A DNA stretch of 64,000 bases, taken from assembly GCA_030770535.1 (NCBI GenBank), contig JASVEC010000018.1, forward strand, positions 372,001-436,000, read 5' to 3'. Shown in pieces: positions 53,178 to 64,000 of this stretch (its first letter is position 1; every line of letters starts with the position of its first letter). The notes under the pieces are model-generated. The model saw only the letters and a program-made list of their open reading frames with translations. It was not told the DNA's origin and did no database searches. A program made the translations under genes and the position numbers. This DNA comes from Batkoa obscura (taxonomy: Eukaryota).

Positions 53178-53941
53178 TTTTTATTTTGAATTTTATTATA
53201 ACACAAATATTACTTCTCATTTATATACTATACCTTTATTACAAGATTGATCCTAAAGTAATTAATGAAATCAGGTTTAATCTTTAATTCAGAATAATTA
53301 ATTTATTTTATATTTTAAGCTAAAATCATACATACTTATTCAAACAATGGTAAAGTATTTTAGCTGTTGTTATATAATCAAAGACTAGTACTGCTTTCAA
53401 AATTCTTATGAATGTCTTTTATGAACCCAAATCATATATCATAATACCTTAATGTTATCATTAATACTATTAGAAATTTATTAGAAGTTCTTGAAAGGAA
53501 AATGAATATACAATTGCTATATTGGGATAATTACAATTTTTAATAACATGGCTGTAAAAGCCGCTTCAATGTTTAAAGATTTAACAAATTACATATAGAT
53601 CATAAATAAATAATGTAAACAAATTAAATTAAATTAAATTAAACTAAATTAACTAAATTAAACTATAAACAAATAAACCTTTAGGCTTTTTGCTAATAGA
53701 GTTTAAATATAATTGTATTGTATATTTCAAACTACTATAAAACTCATAAATTTTTAAAAACATTGTCATTATTTTTCAATGACTATACATGTATAAATAA
53801 AACTATTATAGAAAAAAATACATCTTTGTCGATGCATCCATAGTGCTTAAAACAAACTCCAATATCTGACTTTGCTAATTTCCGCCTTTAATTAAAAGCA
53901 TCCTTTATATAAATGTTATGAAAACGGCTTTACAACTAGCG

Positions 53942-54044
53942 TATGGGGATGTATTTTTTGATTTAAGAATTTTACCAACAATCTTTCCACTTGAACAGCG
54001 CTTAAAAGATAGAAAAGTGATGAAGCTAAAAAAACATTCTCATA
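53942..54044 (-). mobile_element. MITE copy
   Basis: TATGGGGATGTA...AAAAACATTCTCATA. Confidence 0.85.
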
Positions 54045-54832
54045 TTATTTAATATTTTAAAAATATGAAATAAAATGTTATATCAAAAACCAACTTATAA
54101 CACTTTACCAACCGTTTTTTTGGTTTTTAAGCATCTCAGTTTTGCTTATTATCTTTTAAAGTTATTTTATAGATATTGTATTCTAGAAATATATTATTAT
54201 AAGTTAATACTTATTTAAAAAGAGTATTTTGTTCTTGAAAAAATATTTTTTAGGCCTTGGACAGAAACATTAATGTCTTATAGTGTTATGGTTTTTTACG
54301 TTTACATCTACATATGAAAAATGATATCCAAAATAGGCTATTTATAAATTATATACTCAGTATAGACTATTTGGAATTTGATGTTTCGAATCTGGCTTAA
54401 AGCATTTAGTCAAAAAGATTAAATATAAGCCAAATTGAGTTTTGATAAGAAATACTAAAAAGAGTTGTGACTTACTACAAAGCAAAGTGGTGTGTAATTC
54501 CATCAGTTACAAAAACTAACATAAACTGCGCTTTTGTATATTTTATCTTATTATAAATTAATGAGTTTTAGAGAAAGACCATCAATTAAACTTTTATTTA
54601 GTATAACTTACATTAAATATGTATAAGTTTTATGAAATTTAAGACGAATTATTCTCCATTGTAACAATAAGCAAATGGGTTATATATTTAAACTATTAGT
54701 AATTAGCTGAAAAAAGAGAAGCCAAATAATGGTCTATTTAGCCTCTAAATAGAAAATAACAGTTCTAATTAAGAAATATGTATTACACCGAATATATATA
54801 TAATTAAGAAATTGAGAGCTACAATAAATAAA

Positions 54833-55521
54833 ATGACCTCAGAAACAAAGAGACTTCTCAATAACGAATATAATGCACTGCCTAATTATTACAATGTATT
54901 AAAGAGTGATATGAGTACTGGCTCCCAATCTCAAGGGAGTAGTAGTATAGATGGGAGCGAAATGATTACATATCCAGTAAGTAGAAGGGGATTTCTTACG
55001 AAAGTAATAGAGATTAAAGATGGTCAAACAGACCAAGTTTACAATTTAAAAATATCTAATAATATAGTCAAGTTCTTTGATTACGCTCAGGTCAAGGAAT
55101 TTTGAAATTAAAACGCCAAGGATTCGCATATAATAGCACTACTTGGAATCTGACATACATTGTGAAAAATCCAGAGCGTTATCAAGAAGTTTCCATGGTT
55201 AAGAAAGGGTTTATGTTTGGGAACAAATATACTTTAAAGCTCAAAAAACAAGATAATACTATGATAATCCTTCATTGGATTACTGCTTCGCGCTTCGGAG
55301 GCAATTGGACTTTGTTTGATTCTCAAAATCAAGCGTTATTGGAATATCGTATCCATACTTTCAAAAAAAATACTTTAAAGCAGTTTAAGTATATTGATGG
55401 AATTGATTTACCAATTTATTTTATATCCCTAGTTACTCTAACTATAGACGCCGATGGTAGACAACATGCTGCTGCTGTTGAATATCAAGCCGAATATTCT
55501 GCCAATCTGAATAAAATTTGA
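54833..55521 (+). pseudogene. Tubby-like family member with a 1-bp frameshift (paralog of 16234-16896)
   Basis: Two ORFs align end to end with member 4; GATTTA in the paralog is GATTA here (~55081); LPNY motif retained. Confidence 0.75.
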
Positions 55522-55689
55522 TCTATATTTTTAATAAAAAAACTCCTTAAAAATCTGATTTATGTATATTAATTAGTGATTAATTAGACTAATTTTTTAG
55601 GAAAGGCAGAAATACTGAGTTGTAAAAATTACCTCACTGAAGTTTATATTAAAATCTATTAAAAAAAGTATCAAGAATTATATATCTGA

Positions 55690-55793
55690 TGAAATGATTT
55701 TTTGCATTTTATAACAACTTGACACAGTAGTCCCTTTTTTATGCGAAATTTGGATAATTTTTTAAAATATTGAAACAAAAGACGTCCCCCATA
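55690..55793 (+). mobile_element. Degenerate MITE copy
   Basis: Right end AAACAAAAGACGTCCCCCATA. Confidence 0.4.
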
Positions 55794-56110
55794 TGTATCA
55801 AAATGCTTTACCAGAGAATGTATGTGTTAAATAATTTTGAAAGAATGTAATGAAGTATCTTGGATTAACAAGATTACATAAGTATATGAAATTTTTTGAA
55901 AATATCGTGCAAAACCAAAATAAAAGCGATTGAATTTCAAAAAATAATAAAATAAAGAATGACTAGATTTGAAATATAGTAAAAAATTGATTATGAAGGG
56001 AGGATTATAAAGGAGAAATTATATAATAAAGCAGTGCTTCAAGAAAAAAGCTAGAGTAATTTTATTTGTAAAATAAATCCCTTGAAATTTTTTAAAGTCA
56101 AGCTTTATAA

Positions 56111-56212
56111 TATAGAATGTCTTTTTTGATTTCATCTCTTTTTCTATTTCTTGTGAGCTATTAAGTTGAACAAATGTTAGCAGATTTCTTAAACAAAAAA
56201 GGCATCCCCATA
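56111..56212 (+). mobile_element. MITE copy, diverged
   Basis: Ends TTCTTAAACAAAAAAGGCATCCCCATA. Confidence 0.78.
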
Positions 56213-56334
56213 TTTATTAGTTCAAACATAAATTCATTGTAATCTTATTTGAAATGATCTATAACTAAAGCAGCTTGCAGTTGAGCGTTTTTTGTTTATA
56301 ATTCACAACTAGGTTATTTTTAACAATTCAAGGA

Positions 56335-56439
56335 TATGGGAATGTATTTTTGTGTTTAAGAATTTTACTTACAAATTTTTCCGCTTAAATAGTGCTTAAA
56401 AGATGTAAAAATAATGAAGCCAAAAAAAATACCCACATA
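56335..56439 (-). mobile_element. MITE copy
   Basis: TATGGGAATGTATTTTTGTG...ATACCCACATA. Confidence 0.87.
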
Positions 56440-56533
56440 TATAAAAAATCTATAGCCCTTAAATTCATGTTAAAAAAATTGAATACAAATTAAAAAATAA
56501 CCTAAGATATTTATATTTAATTGCAAGCTATTA

Positions 56534-56638
56534 TATGGAAATGTGTTTTTGTGTTTAAGAATTCTACTAACAATCTTTCCACTCAAATAGCGCTCAAAAG
56601 ATAGAAAAAGTGATGAAGTCAAAAAAAACACTCCCATA
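56534..56638 (-). mobile_element. MITE copy
   Basis: TATGGAAATGTG...AAAAACACTCCCATA. Confidence 0.87.
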
Positions 56639-57258
56639 TAGCAGAAAGATACCAAAAAGTATTAGAAAAGTATAGCTGTTTTAAGGGTAGGAATAGAAAA
56701 ACCTAATCTACAGCCAATGTCTACACAAATATTCTCAATTATTGGTTTGAATTTTTTATTTTCAAAATTGACTAATTTTTAACAATTTGATAATAAATTG
56801 CTACTTAAAATAGAACTAATTAAATGAATTTAAATTTGATCTATTATATGACTCCGATATGATATTACCTTATGACCTTTGATTACGACTTTTTCTTTTT
56901 AATAGCTTTTGAGCTAATGGAATTTACATCAAATGTATTTAATTGTTTATAACCTAATTAAAGTAATTCTGAAGCCATTAAATGAAGATACATTCAGATT
57001 TTAGTTAGATAGTCTACTATTTAGCCATATCACGATAAGCTGACATTTGATCACCTATATAGAAAGGATACTCTTATTATAGGCAAACAGTAATTAACGG
57101 ATGTATTGATTGTAAAAGTTAAGGTAGATGATAAAACAAAATCATGTTGCATATAAATATCAAACAGGAGAATCACTATAAATACATAGACAAAGAGGGG
57201 ATTATAAGGGTCAAAAAGTTTAATCAAATAATTGAATATAACTAAAAAAAACAGTACA

Positions 57259-58428
57259 ATGAAAGTATTTTCTATATTTGCTGTCACTTCTTCTCTCCTT
57301 GCTTCAGTATTCGCTGACCTTGCTCCGTTACATAAAAACGGGAAAATCATTGAAGGAAGTTATTTGGTTACTTTAAAAGGTAATACTCGCACCACCATTG
57401 ATGCCCATACCAAGCAAGTACAAGAACTCTTTACTGATCGTAGTGGATCCAATAAAATTGAAGCTGTTTTCACTGAAATTGGAAACACTTATCATGCTCG
57501 CTTAACTGACTCAGTCTTGGAAAAAGTACGTAACTTACCAGAAGTTGCTTTTATCGAAGCTGACACTGAAGTCAAACTTCATGCCACTCAAAACAATGCT
57601 CCATGGGGCCTTGCTCGTATCTCTCAAAACACTTTCACTGATAAATCTAGATATAACTACGATGGTGATGGCTCAGGCGTAACTGTATATCTTATCGATA
57701 CTGGTATTCTCACTACTCATCCTGAATTTGGGGGTCGTGCCAGATTTGGTGCTAAATTTGCTGGTACTAACAACAACGATGAAAATGGTCATGGTACCCA
57801 CTGTGCTGGTACTATTGGTTCCAGATCTTATGGTGTTTCGAAAAATGTTAATCTTGTTGCAGTTAAAGTATTCGATGGAAGTGGTTCGGGTACTAGCTCA
57901 GGAGTTATTTCTGCTATTAATTGGTCTGTTAAAGACAAAAAGGGCGTAAAAGGAAATGTCATTAGTATGTCTCTTGGTGGTGGAAAATCCGATACTCTTA
58001 ACAATGCAGTTGAAGCTGCTTACCAAAAAGGATTCGTAGTTGTTGTAGCTGCCGGTAACGAGAGTCAAGATGCATGTAATGTATCACCAGCCTCAACACC
58101 AAATGCTATTACTGTTGCTGCTTCTGATATTGATGATAACCTTGCCTCTTTCTCCAATTTTGGTAAATGTGTTGATGTTATTGCTCCAGGTGTGGATATT
58201 TTATCTACCTGGAATGATGGAAATACTAACACTATCTCTGGTACCTCCATGGCTACTCCACACGTTGCTGGTCTTGCTGCTTACTTCCTCTCTAAACAAA
58301 CTTTAACCAATGCCCAAGTTGCCCAAAAAATTACCACCCTTGCTACTCAAGGCGCCATAAGCGATCCAGGAACCGATACTCCTAATCTTTTAGCTTTCAA
58401 CGGCTACGGCTCAAACTTGAAAAAATAA
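57259..58428 (+). CDS. Secreted subtilisin-like serine protease (S8A, proteinase K-like) with I9 propeptide
   Basis: Signal MKVFSIFAVTSSLLASVFA; catalytic motifs IDTG, HGTHCAG and GTSMATPHVAG; APWGLARIS. Confidence 0.96.
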   Translation: MKVFSIFAVTSSLLASVFADLAPLHKNGKIIEGSYLVTLKGNTRTTIDAHTKQVQELFTDRSGSNKIEAVFTEIGNTYHARLTDSVLEKVRNLPEVAFIEADTEVKLHATQNNAPWGLARISQNTFTDKSRYNYDGDGSGVTVYLIDTGILTTHPEFGGRARFGAKFAGTNNNDENGHGTHCAGTIGSRSYGVSKNVNLVAVKVFDGSGSGTSSGVISAINWSVKDKKGVKGNVISMSLGGGKSDTLNNAVEAAYQKGFVVVVAAGNESQDACNVSPASTPNAITVAASDIDDNLASFSNFGKCVDVIAPGVDILSTWNDGNTNTISGTSMATPHVAGLAAYFLSKQTLTNAQVAQKITTLATQGAISDPGTDTPNLLAFNGYGSNLKK

Positions 58429-58651
58429 AAGCTCAAACATTTTAAATTTAATCTCAAAAAATTTGTTATATATGATCTTATTTTAATAATTATTTTATAA
58501 TCTATCTTCAAAATTAGTAATAGATGTAAGAATTTTCTTGCTATATTAAATTATAAACTAAATGTTTAACATCTATTATGTAAATCAAATACTATTCAAT
58601 AAAATTTTACATTTTATGTTTACTCTTCTTATTTTATTTAACATAATATTA

Positions 58652-59629
58652 TTAATAAGCAGAACAATCTGGGGCTGAGTAGCCTTTACACTCATCACCA
58701 GAAGCGAAAGCTTGAGTCCAGTAATCTCCAGCTCTACCAAACCCAAAGCATCCACAATCCGAAACCAGATTAGCATGATGGCCAGGCGAGTTGATCCAAG
58801 ATTGCATTACCTGTTCTACAGTTTTTTGGCCTGCAGCACAATTTTCTCCACCTCCAGTTATTGGAAAGTTCTCTAATTTAAAGCGATCCGAAAAAGACTT
58901 AGTTTCAGGCGTGAACCCTTCATGAGTCATTTGTTTGTGCTCCAATTGAGCTTCAGAATGTTTTTGTGCTGCTGTCATTAAGCGCGAGTCAAGCGCAATG
59001 TCCTTTTTCCCTTCACTACGTCTTAACTTATTTACTCTGCATATCATTTCAGTAATTTCATTTGTATAGCTACTGTTACTAGAATCATTTGGTTTATCTT
59101 TCTCCTCCTTCTTATTTTCAGTAGGTTCTGGAGTATATTTTTCTTCTTTATCCTTAGTATCTTTTGGATATTTTTCTTCAACCTTAGACCTCTCTGGATA
59201 TTTTTCCTTTACCTCGGTGCTATCAGGGTATTTTTCAGTATCTTTGGTGCCATCTGAGTACTTTTCTTCAGCTTTTTTACCACCTGGATATTTTTCAATG
59301 ACTTTTTTACCAGCTGAATATTTCTTATTACCTCTGGACGGCTTGGTATAAGCCCCCATATCCCTATCCATGGGTTTACCATAACCGTTCTTTTCTTTGA
59401 TAGAATCAGAATGCTTCCCTTTATCATGTTTTCCTTTATGTAAATCACCATAGCTTCCAATCCCTTCTGATTCTTTCATTCTCTGGCGTCTGTTATAATG
59501 AAACTCATAATCTGAGTCGACATTTGAATAAGGATCAAGATGATTATTCTCATGGCCATATCCAGTAGGGCGAGCAATTACGTTAAATAATAATGGACTT
59601 AATAAGATAGTAGAATAGGATAGTTTCAT
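58652..59629 (-). CDS. Secreted CAP/SCP-domain protein with an EKYP repeat region
   Basis: Signal peptide; VNKLR...L.TAAQKHS...ENCAAGQ...VMQSWINSPGHHANL...YWTQAF. Confidence 0.9.
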   Translation of the reverse strand: MKLSYSTILLSPLLFNVIARPTGYGHENNHLDPYSNVDSDYEFHYNRRQRMKESEGIGSYGDLHKGKHDKGKHSDSIKEKNGYGKPMDRDMGAYTKPSRGNKKYSAGKKVIEKYPGGKKAEEKYSDGTKDTEKYPDSTEVKEKYPERSKVEEKYPKDTKDKEEKYTPEPTENKKEEKDKPNDSSNSSYTNEITEMICRVNKLRRSEGKKDIALDSRLMTAAQKHSEAQLEHKQMTHEGFTPETKSFSDRFKLENFPITGGGENCAAGQKTVEQVMQSWINSPGHHANLVSDCGCFGFGRAGDYWTQAFASGDECKGYSAPDCSAY

Positions 59630-60465
59630 AGTAGCAATTTGATATTGTTCAACAATATGTTTTTTGATATGTTCTTTCGCTGAGACTACTTTGTTTTTAT
59701 ATCTTTTTTAGCTAGTAGTCTACTTTTCTAATATGTTTTTTTCAAGTTTTAATCCCACTTCATTTATTTTAGTTTCCAATTATTTACTATGTATAGTAAT
59801 TAAATTGAGTGGCTTGGATTTCGTTTTTAGTTTTTATCCCTTTAATTTATTAAAGGAATTATTTAGTTTTAAAGGAAATGTTTATTAAAACAATAAGAAT
59901 TTTATTTATTAAACTTATGTTCTATCTTTCATAGTCATGTCCTCATTTTATTGTATACAAATGCTATAATATCAATACTATTTTTATATCTAAACTTAAA
60001 CTTGATAAATTTATTAAAGTTAATTAAGTACCATTTAATAGGTTATCAGAATGTTTAATTTAAATATGATTTAGGTAGAATAAAACCTATGCAATATATT
60101 CGATCTATCAAATAGTAAATAACAATAGCTTCCTAAGTATAACGTGCTCACACCTGTATCTAAAATTTGAAGATTTAATTGTAGAATTCTTTGGTATGTA
60201 GTCCAAAATAAAATTACATTCAAATATAGCAACTATTTATTTTCACTAATAATGGTTAAAAAGCTATACTGAGGATCAATAAGTGATATGGGACAGAATT
60301 GAGTAATCTAACTAATAATCCAATGTTTAAGTAAAAATGAAGGATTTAATTTGAAAACTAGCACCAATGATAAATCTAGAAACTTCGATCTATTTCATAT
60401 AAACTATTCTTAAACTTAGGTATAAAAACAAAAAAATCAATTTTATACGATTTTAGTTAAATAAA

Positions 60466-60924
60466 ATGGTAATACTAATATACAATTTAAAAGTGAACAA
60501 TTTATTAAAGTTTAATATTAGTCCCGTCAATTATCAAAGAAAGTTGTGCCTTTATTAGACCGTGTTTTAGTTCAACGTGTTAAAGCTGAAGAGGTAAATA
60601 TATTACTGAATTGCAATAAAAGTGATTAAGTAGAGTTATAGAAAACTGCCTCTGGCATTTTTATTCCACAAAAAGCTCAAGAAACCTTAAATGAGGGCAA
60701 TGTAATTGCCGTTGGACCAGGTCATCATAACAACGATGGAAATCTTATCCCAGTTTCCGTAAAGCCAGGGGATAGAGTTTTACTTCCTCCATACGGTGGT
60801 TCCAATGTTAAAATTGATAATGATGTAAGTTTAGGTATTTTCATCTATTTTATTATATGCTAACTCTTTTTAGGAATATCTTTTATTCAAAGATTCCGAA
60901 ATCTTAGCCAAGATTGAAAATTAA
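60466..60924 (+). CDS. HSP10: Mitochondrial co-chaperonin Hsp10 (missed by the ORF track because of introns)
   Basis: ATG-only first coding exon and three introns; M|SRQLSKKVVPLLDRVLVQRVKAEE|KTASGIFIP...VIAVGPG...VKPGDRVLLPPYGG...|EYLLFKDSEILAKIEN*. Confidence 0.95.
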
Positions 60925-62589
60925 AAGTACAGAACTAACATTAAATAAAAAGATCAATATTTCACTAAATGGTTATTTATAAGTTCATGAGTTTGAAATT
61001 AAATAGTTATTGTTAAATTAAAAATGAAGTAGATATGAATATATTTAAATCTGATTTATACTATCGTAAGAGTATTTCATTCTTATAAAATTAAATAAAT
61101 CATATTGATAGTTGTAAGCTACTAGCTATATTTTCAAAATTATTTTTATTAATATATTTGATGTCTATTACACATTCTTAAAGTTTAAAATGATGATGAA
61201 AATTTGCTAAAAATTAAAATTAAAATTAAAATAAATTGAAGCTTTATTTTTTGATCAAAAATGCCAAAATTATGTTGCATTGCAATAATAGGGAAACAAG
61301 TAATACATAGCAATCATAATAGATACCAAAACTTAATAAAAATTCAAGAACAACCCATTGTATATTAAAAATTTTATACCGGAATATTATGACGATATCA
61401 AGTTCCATTATTTAGCTCATACCTCTTGTGATCTATTTAATGATAAAGGTAAATTTAAGATTTATTTTAATAAGAGCTATTAATTTTATTAGCTTTAGCA
61501 AATAATAAAGGACAAGGTCAATATTTTGGATTGTTGCATATTGTTGAAGAGTTTGTAGTGTAATAGATTATAATATAATATAAAGAAATTATTAAATCAG
61601 TAAATTAGATATGGCTATATAACTAATAGTAAAATCAAGTTTATAGCGGTGCTTGAGTTAACAGATGATGTTATAAAAGATGTTGAAATGAAAATGGTAA
61701 ATAATATAATTTAAGGTCAAATCAAGGCTGATGTTTGTTTCTAGTTATTTAAGCAAATTCATGCAGCATATATAATATTGGTTTGTAACCCATTTTATTC
61801 GTTTCAAAATGACATTTCCAACCAAAATGGTCAGCTCATCGTTACAAAGCAGTTTACTAATTTGATTGAACAGATTGGACAAACAATGAATTAAACTTTT
61901 TAAATTATTCAATAACTAATAGCTGTTAAAATAAATTTCAACGTTTGCTTTTACTTTTATTATTATTTGTAATTTGGATATTTATTTAAATAGTTTATAG
62001 TAATTTTTCTATCATTAATTATATATCGATACTTAACCGATTATATAATTATCAAAGTACATACAGGATGCTTAGTTTAAAAAATAGTATACTGTTTAAG
62101 TTCTACAAAGTTATATTCTAAAAAACTTGAAAACTGAATCAGAATAAAAGCGCAGCTTTATACTTTACTAGGGAAAGGAATCAAAATAAAAGTCATATAG
62201 TTTTTACTCATCCATCATGTAATAGGCTTTAGTTTATACGTGTTAAATAAAAATATTTTATTTATATAACTTTTGGTGTCTTTATATATAACATTTCTAG
62301 CGTTTACTATGTTTGTAATGATATTTCTTACTCCTTTAACTGATTTGATACCAACTATAAATTAATGTTTTAATTGGTAGCTTTCAGGTGATAAAAAATT
62401 TAATTCGAAAATTTAAACTTGGACTTTTTTACAACTTTAGTATTTGAAGTAGATTCATAAAGGTGACTATTAGCTTAAATTTAACTATTTAATAAAGAAG
62501 AATCCAATACTTAGCATCTAGTATTTGTACACATACTAATTTTAACAATTTTAGGAATTTTAAAAAAGTTTTTAATAAATTAAAAAATC

Positions 62590-64000
62590 ATGGGTAAATG
62601 ATCAATTATTATAAAGTGAATAGCTTTTTAAATTCTATTATAGGCAAGAAAAAGGGAGGACAAAAAATGTCATTAAATGACTTCTTAAGCGCAGGAGGTA
62701 GAAACAATTCAAAGATGTCAAAAATAAATATTTAAATTAATTTATAGGACCTGAAGAGGCTCCTGGCTCCTGGGCAGATGAGATGATGGATCTTCCTACT
62801 GCTCGTAATTTTTGTTTTTATTTAATATGTAATCATGCTTATTTATAATTCTATAGCTGCCTCTGCCGCCGTTGACAGTATAATTTATTCCAACTCTTTA
62901 ATTGTAGTATTAAATTAATATTTTAAAAGGAGATTCATTACCAAGTGGTCCTCGTGGAGCTTCAAACCGTTTTAGCGGTAAACTAATTTCAAATGTAAAA
63001 TAAGGAAAACTAAAATAAAATAGATCGTCCAAGAAAAGAGTATGAATCAGCTCCAAGAAATAGACGTGAAGGCCCAGTAGAGTTACCAACAAGCGCACCT
63101 TATATTGCTTATGTTGCTAACTTATCTTACAGTTTAACTGAACAAGATTTAAGAGATTTTTTCGCTGATTCAAAAGTAAAAAGAGTATTATTAATCATTT
63201 AGTAAATTAACTATTTTAAAGGTATTAAGTGTACGCATTCCTATCAATCATGAAAATCAAAAACCACGTGGTTTCGCTTATGTTGAATTTGAAGATGTAG
63301 AATCATTATCTAAAGCTATCGATTTGACCGATAAAGTAATATATAACAATAATAATAATAACAATAATATAACAATAAATAGGAATTACATGGACGTTCT
63401 GTTTTTATTAATGTAGCTGAACGTAAGACAATTGAACTATTAGCAAATAACATTTAATTAAAGAATAAAATAGAAAAAGAAAGAGCACCAAGTGAAAGAA
63501 ATGACCCATGGAGACGTGATAATCCAGTTGTAACTGAAGCTCCCAAAGCATCTGAAACTGCCAACTTCTGGCGTAGAGATGGGCCAGCTGAGTCATCTTC
63601 ACCAAGAAATTCAGGATTTAGTAATCGCCGATTTGAGCCACGCGAAAACTCAGATCGTCGATTTGAACCTCGTGAACGTGAACCCCGTGCTGCTGCTCCG
63701 TCTTCCTTTGCTGATGGTGTCTCTGACTGGCGTAGTGGAGGCTCAGGTAACTAAATTTAAGTTTAGATGATTGTAATTAATATATATTAGCTAACAAAAC
63801 TAATGTTTTCTCTAATAATCGTAATTCACAACCAAAAGGAGGTAAATTTAATAAATTATTATTGTTGTACACTATTAACTTTAAAAAATAGATGATAATA
63901 GGTTTGGATCATCCAGTGGAGGAGTACGTAAAAAACTAGAACTTCTTCCAAGAAGTAAACCAAGTGAATAATAGAATTTGACTAGTATTATTTTAATGCA
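62590..64000 (+). CDS. TIF3: Translation initiation factor eIF4B (RRM), partial, multi-exon
   Basis: MGKKKGGQKMSLNDFL, GSWADEM, PYIAYVANLSY, PRGFAYVEF, WR-containing repeats; many ~50-bp introns; runs off the window end. Confidence 0.9.

Overview
This is very AT-rich eukaryotic DNA with many short GT-AG introns (about 45-60 bp). Gene content suggests an early-diverging fungus, possibly an entomophthoralean insect pathogen; that placement is inference. The window alternates between two compartments. (1) Compact housekeeping blocks, mostly intron-containing: a SulP/STAS/cNMP transporter, a CDF metal transporter, a BCAS3-like WD40 protein, COX6, ARG7, a GH35-like gene, HSP10 and eIF4B. (2) Repeat-rich accessory blocks (about 5.5-33 kb and 49-57 kb). 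These hold an array of intronless ~210-aa genes of one highly diverged family (9 intact copies, 2 disrupted copies, about 3 relics) that resembles Tubby-C/LURP-one/scramblase beta-barrels and often carries an N-terminal PPxY/LPxY motif. They also hold about 24 copies of a ~104-bp TA-inserting MITE, two solo LTRs, a decayed IS630/Tc1 transposase and two inverted UDP-glycosyltransferase copies with near-identical cores and diverged ends. A candidate structured ncRNA lies at about 26.05-26.26 kb. Secreted genes (lysozyme-like, subtilisin, CAP) flank the second accessory block.
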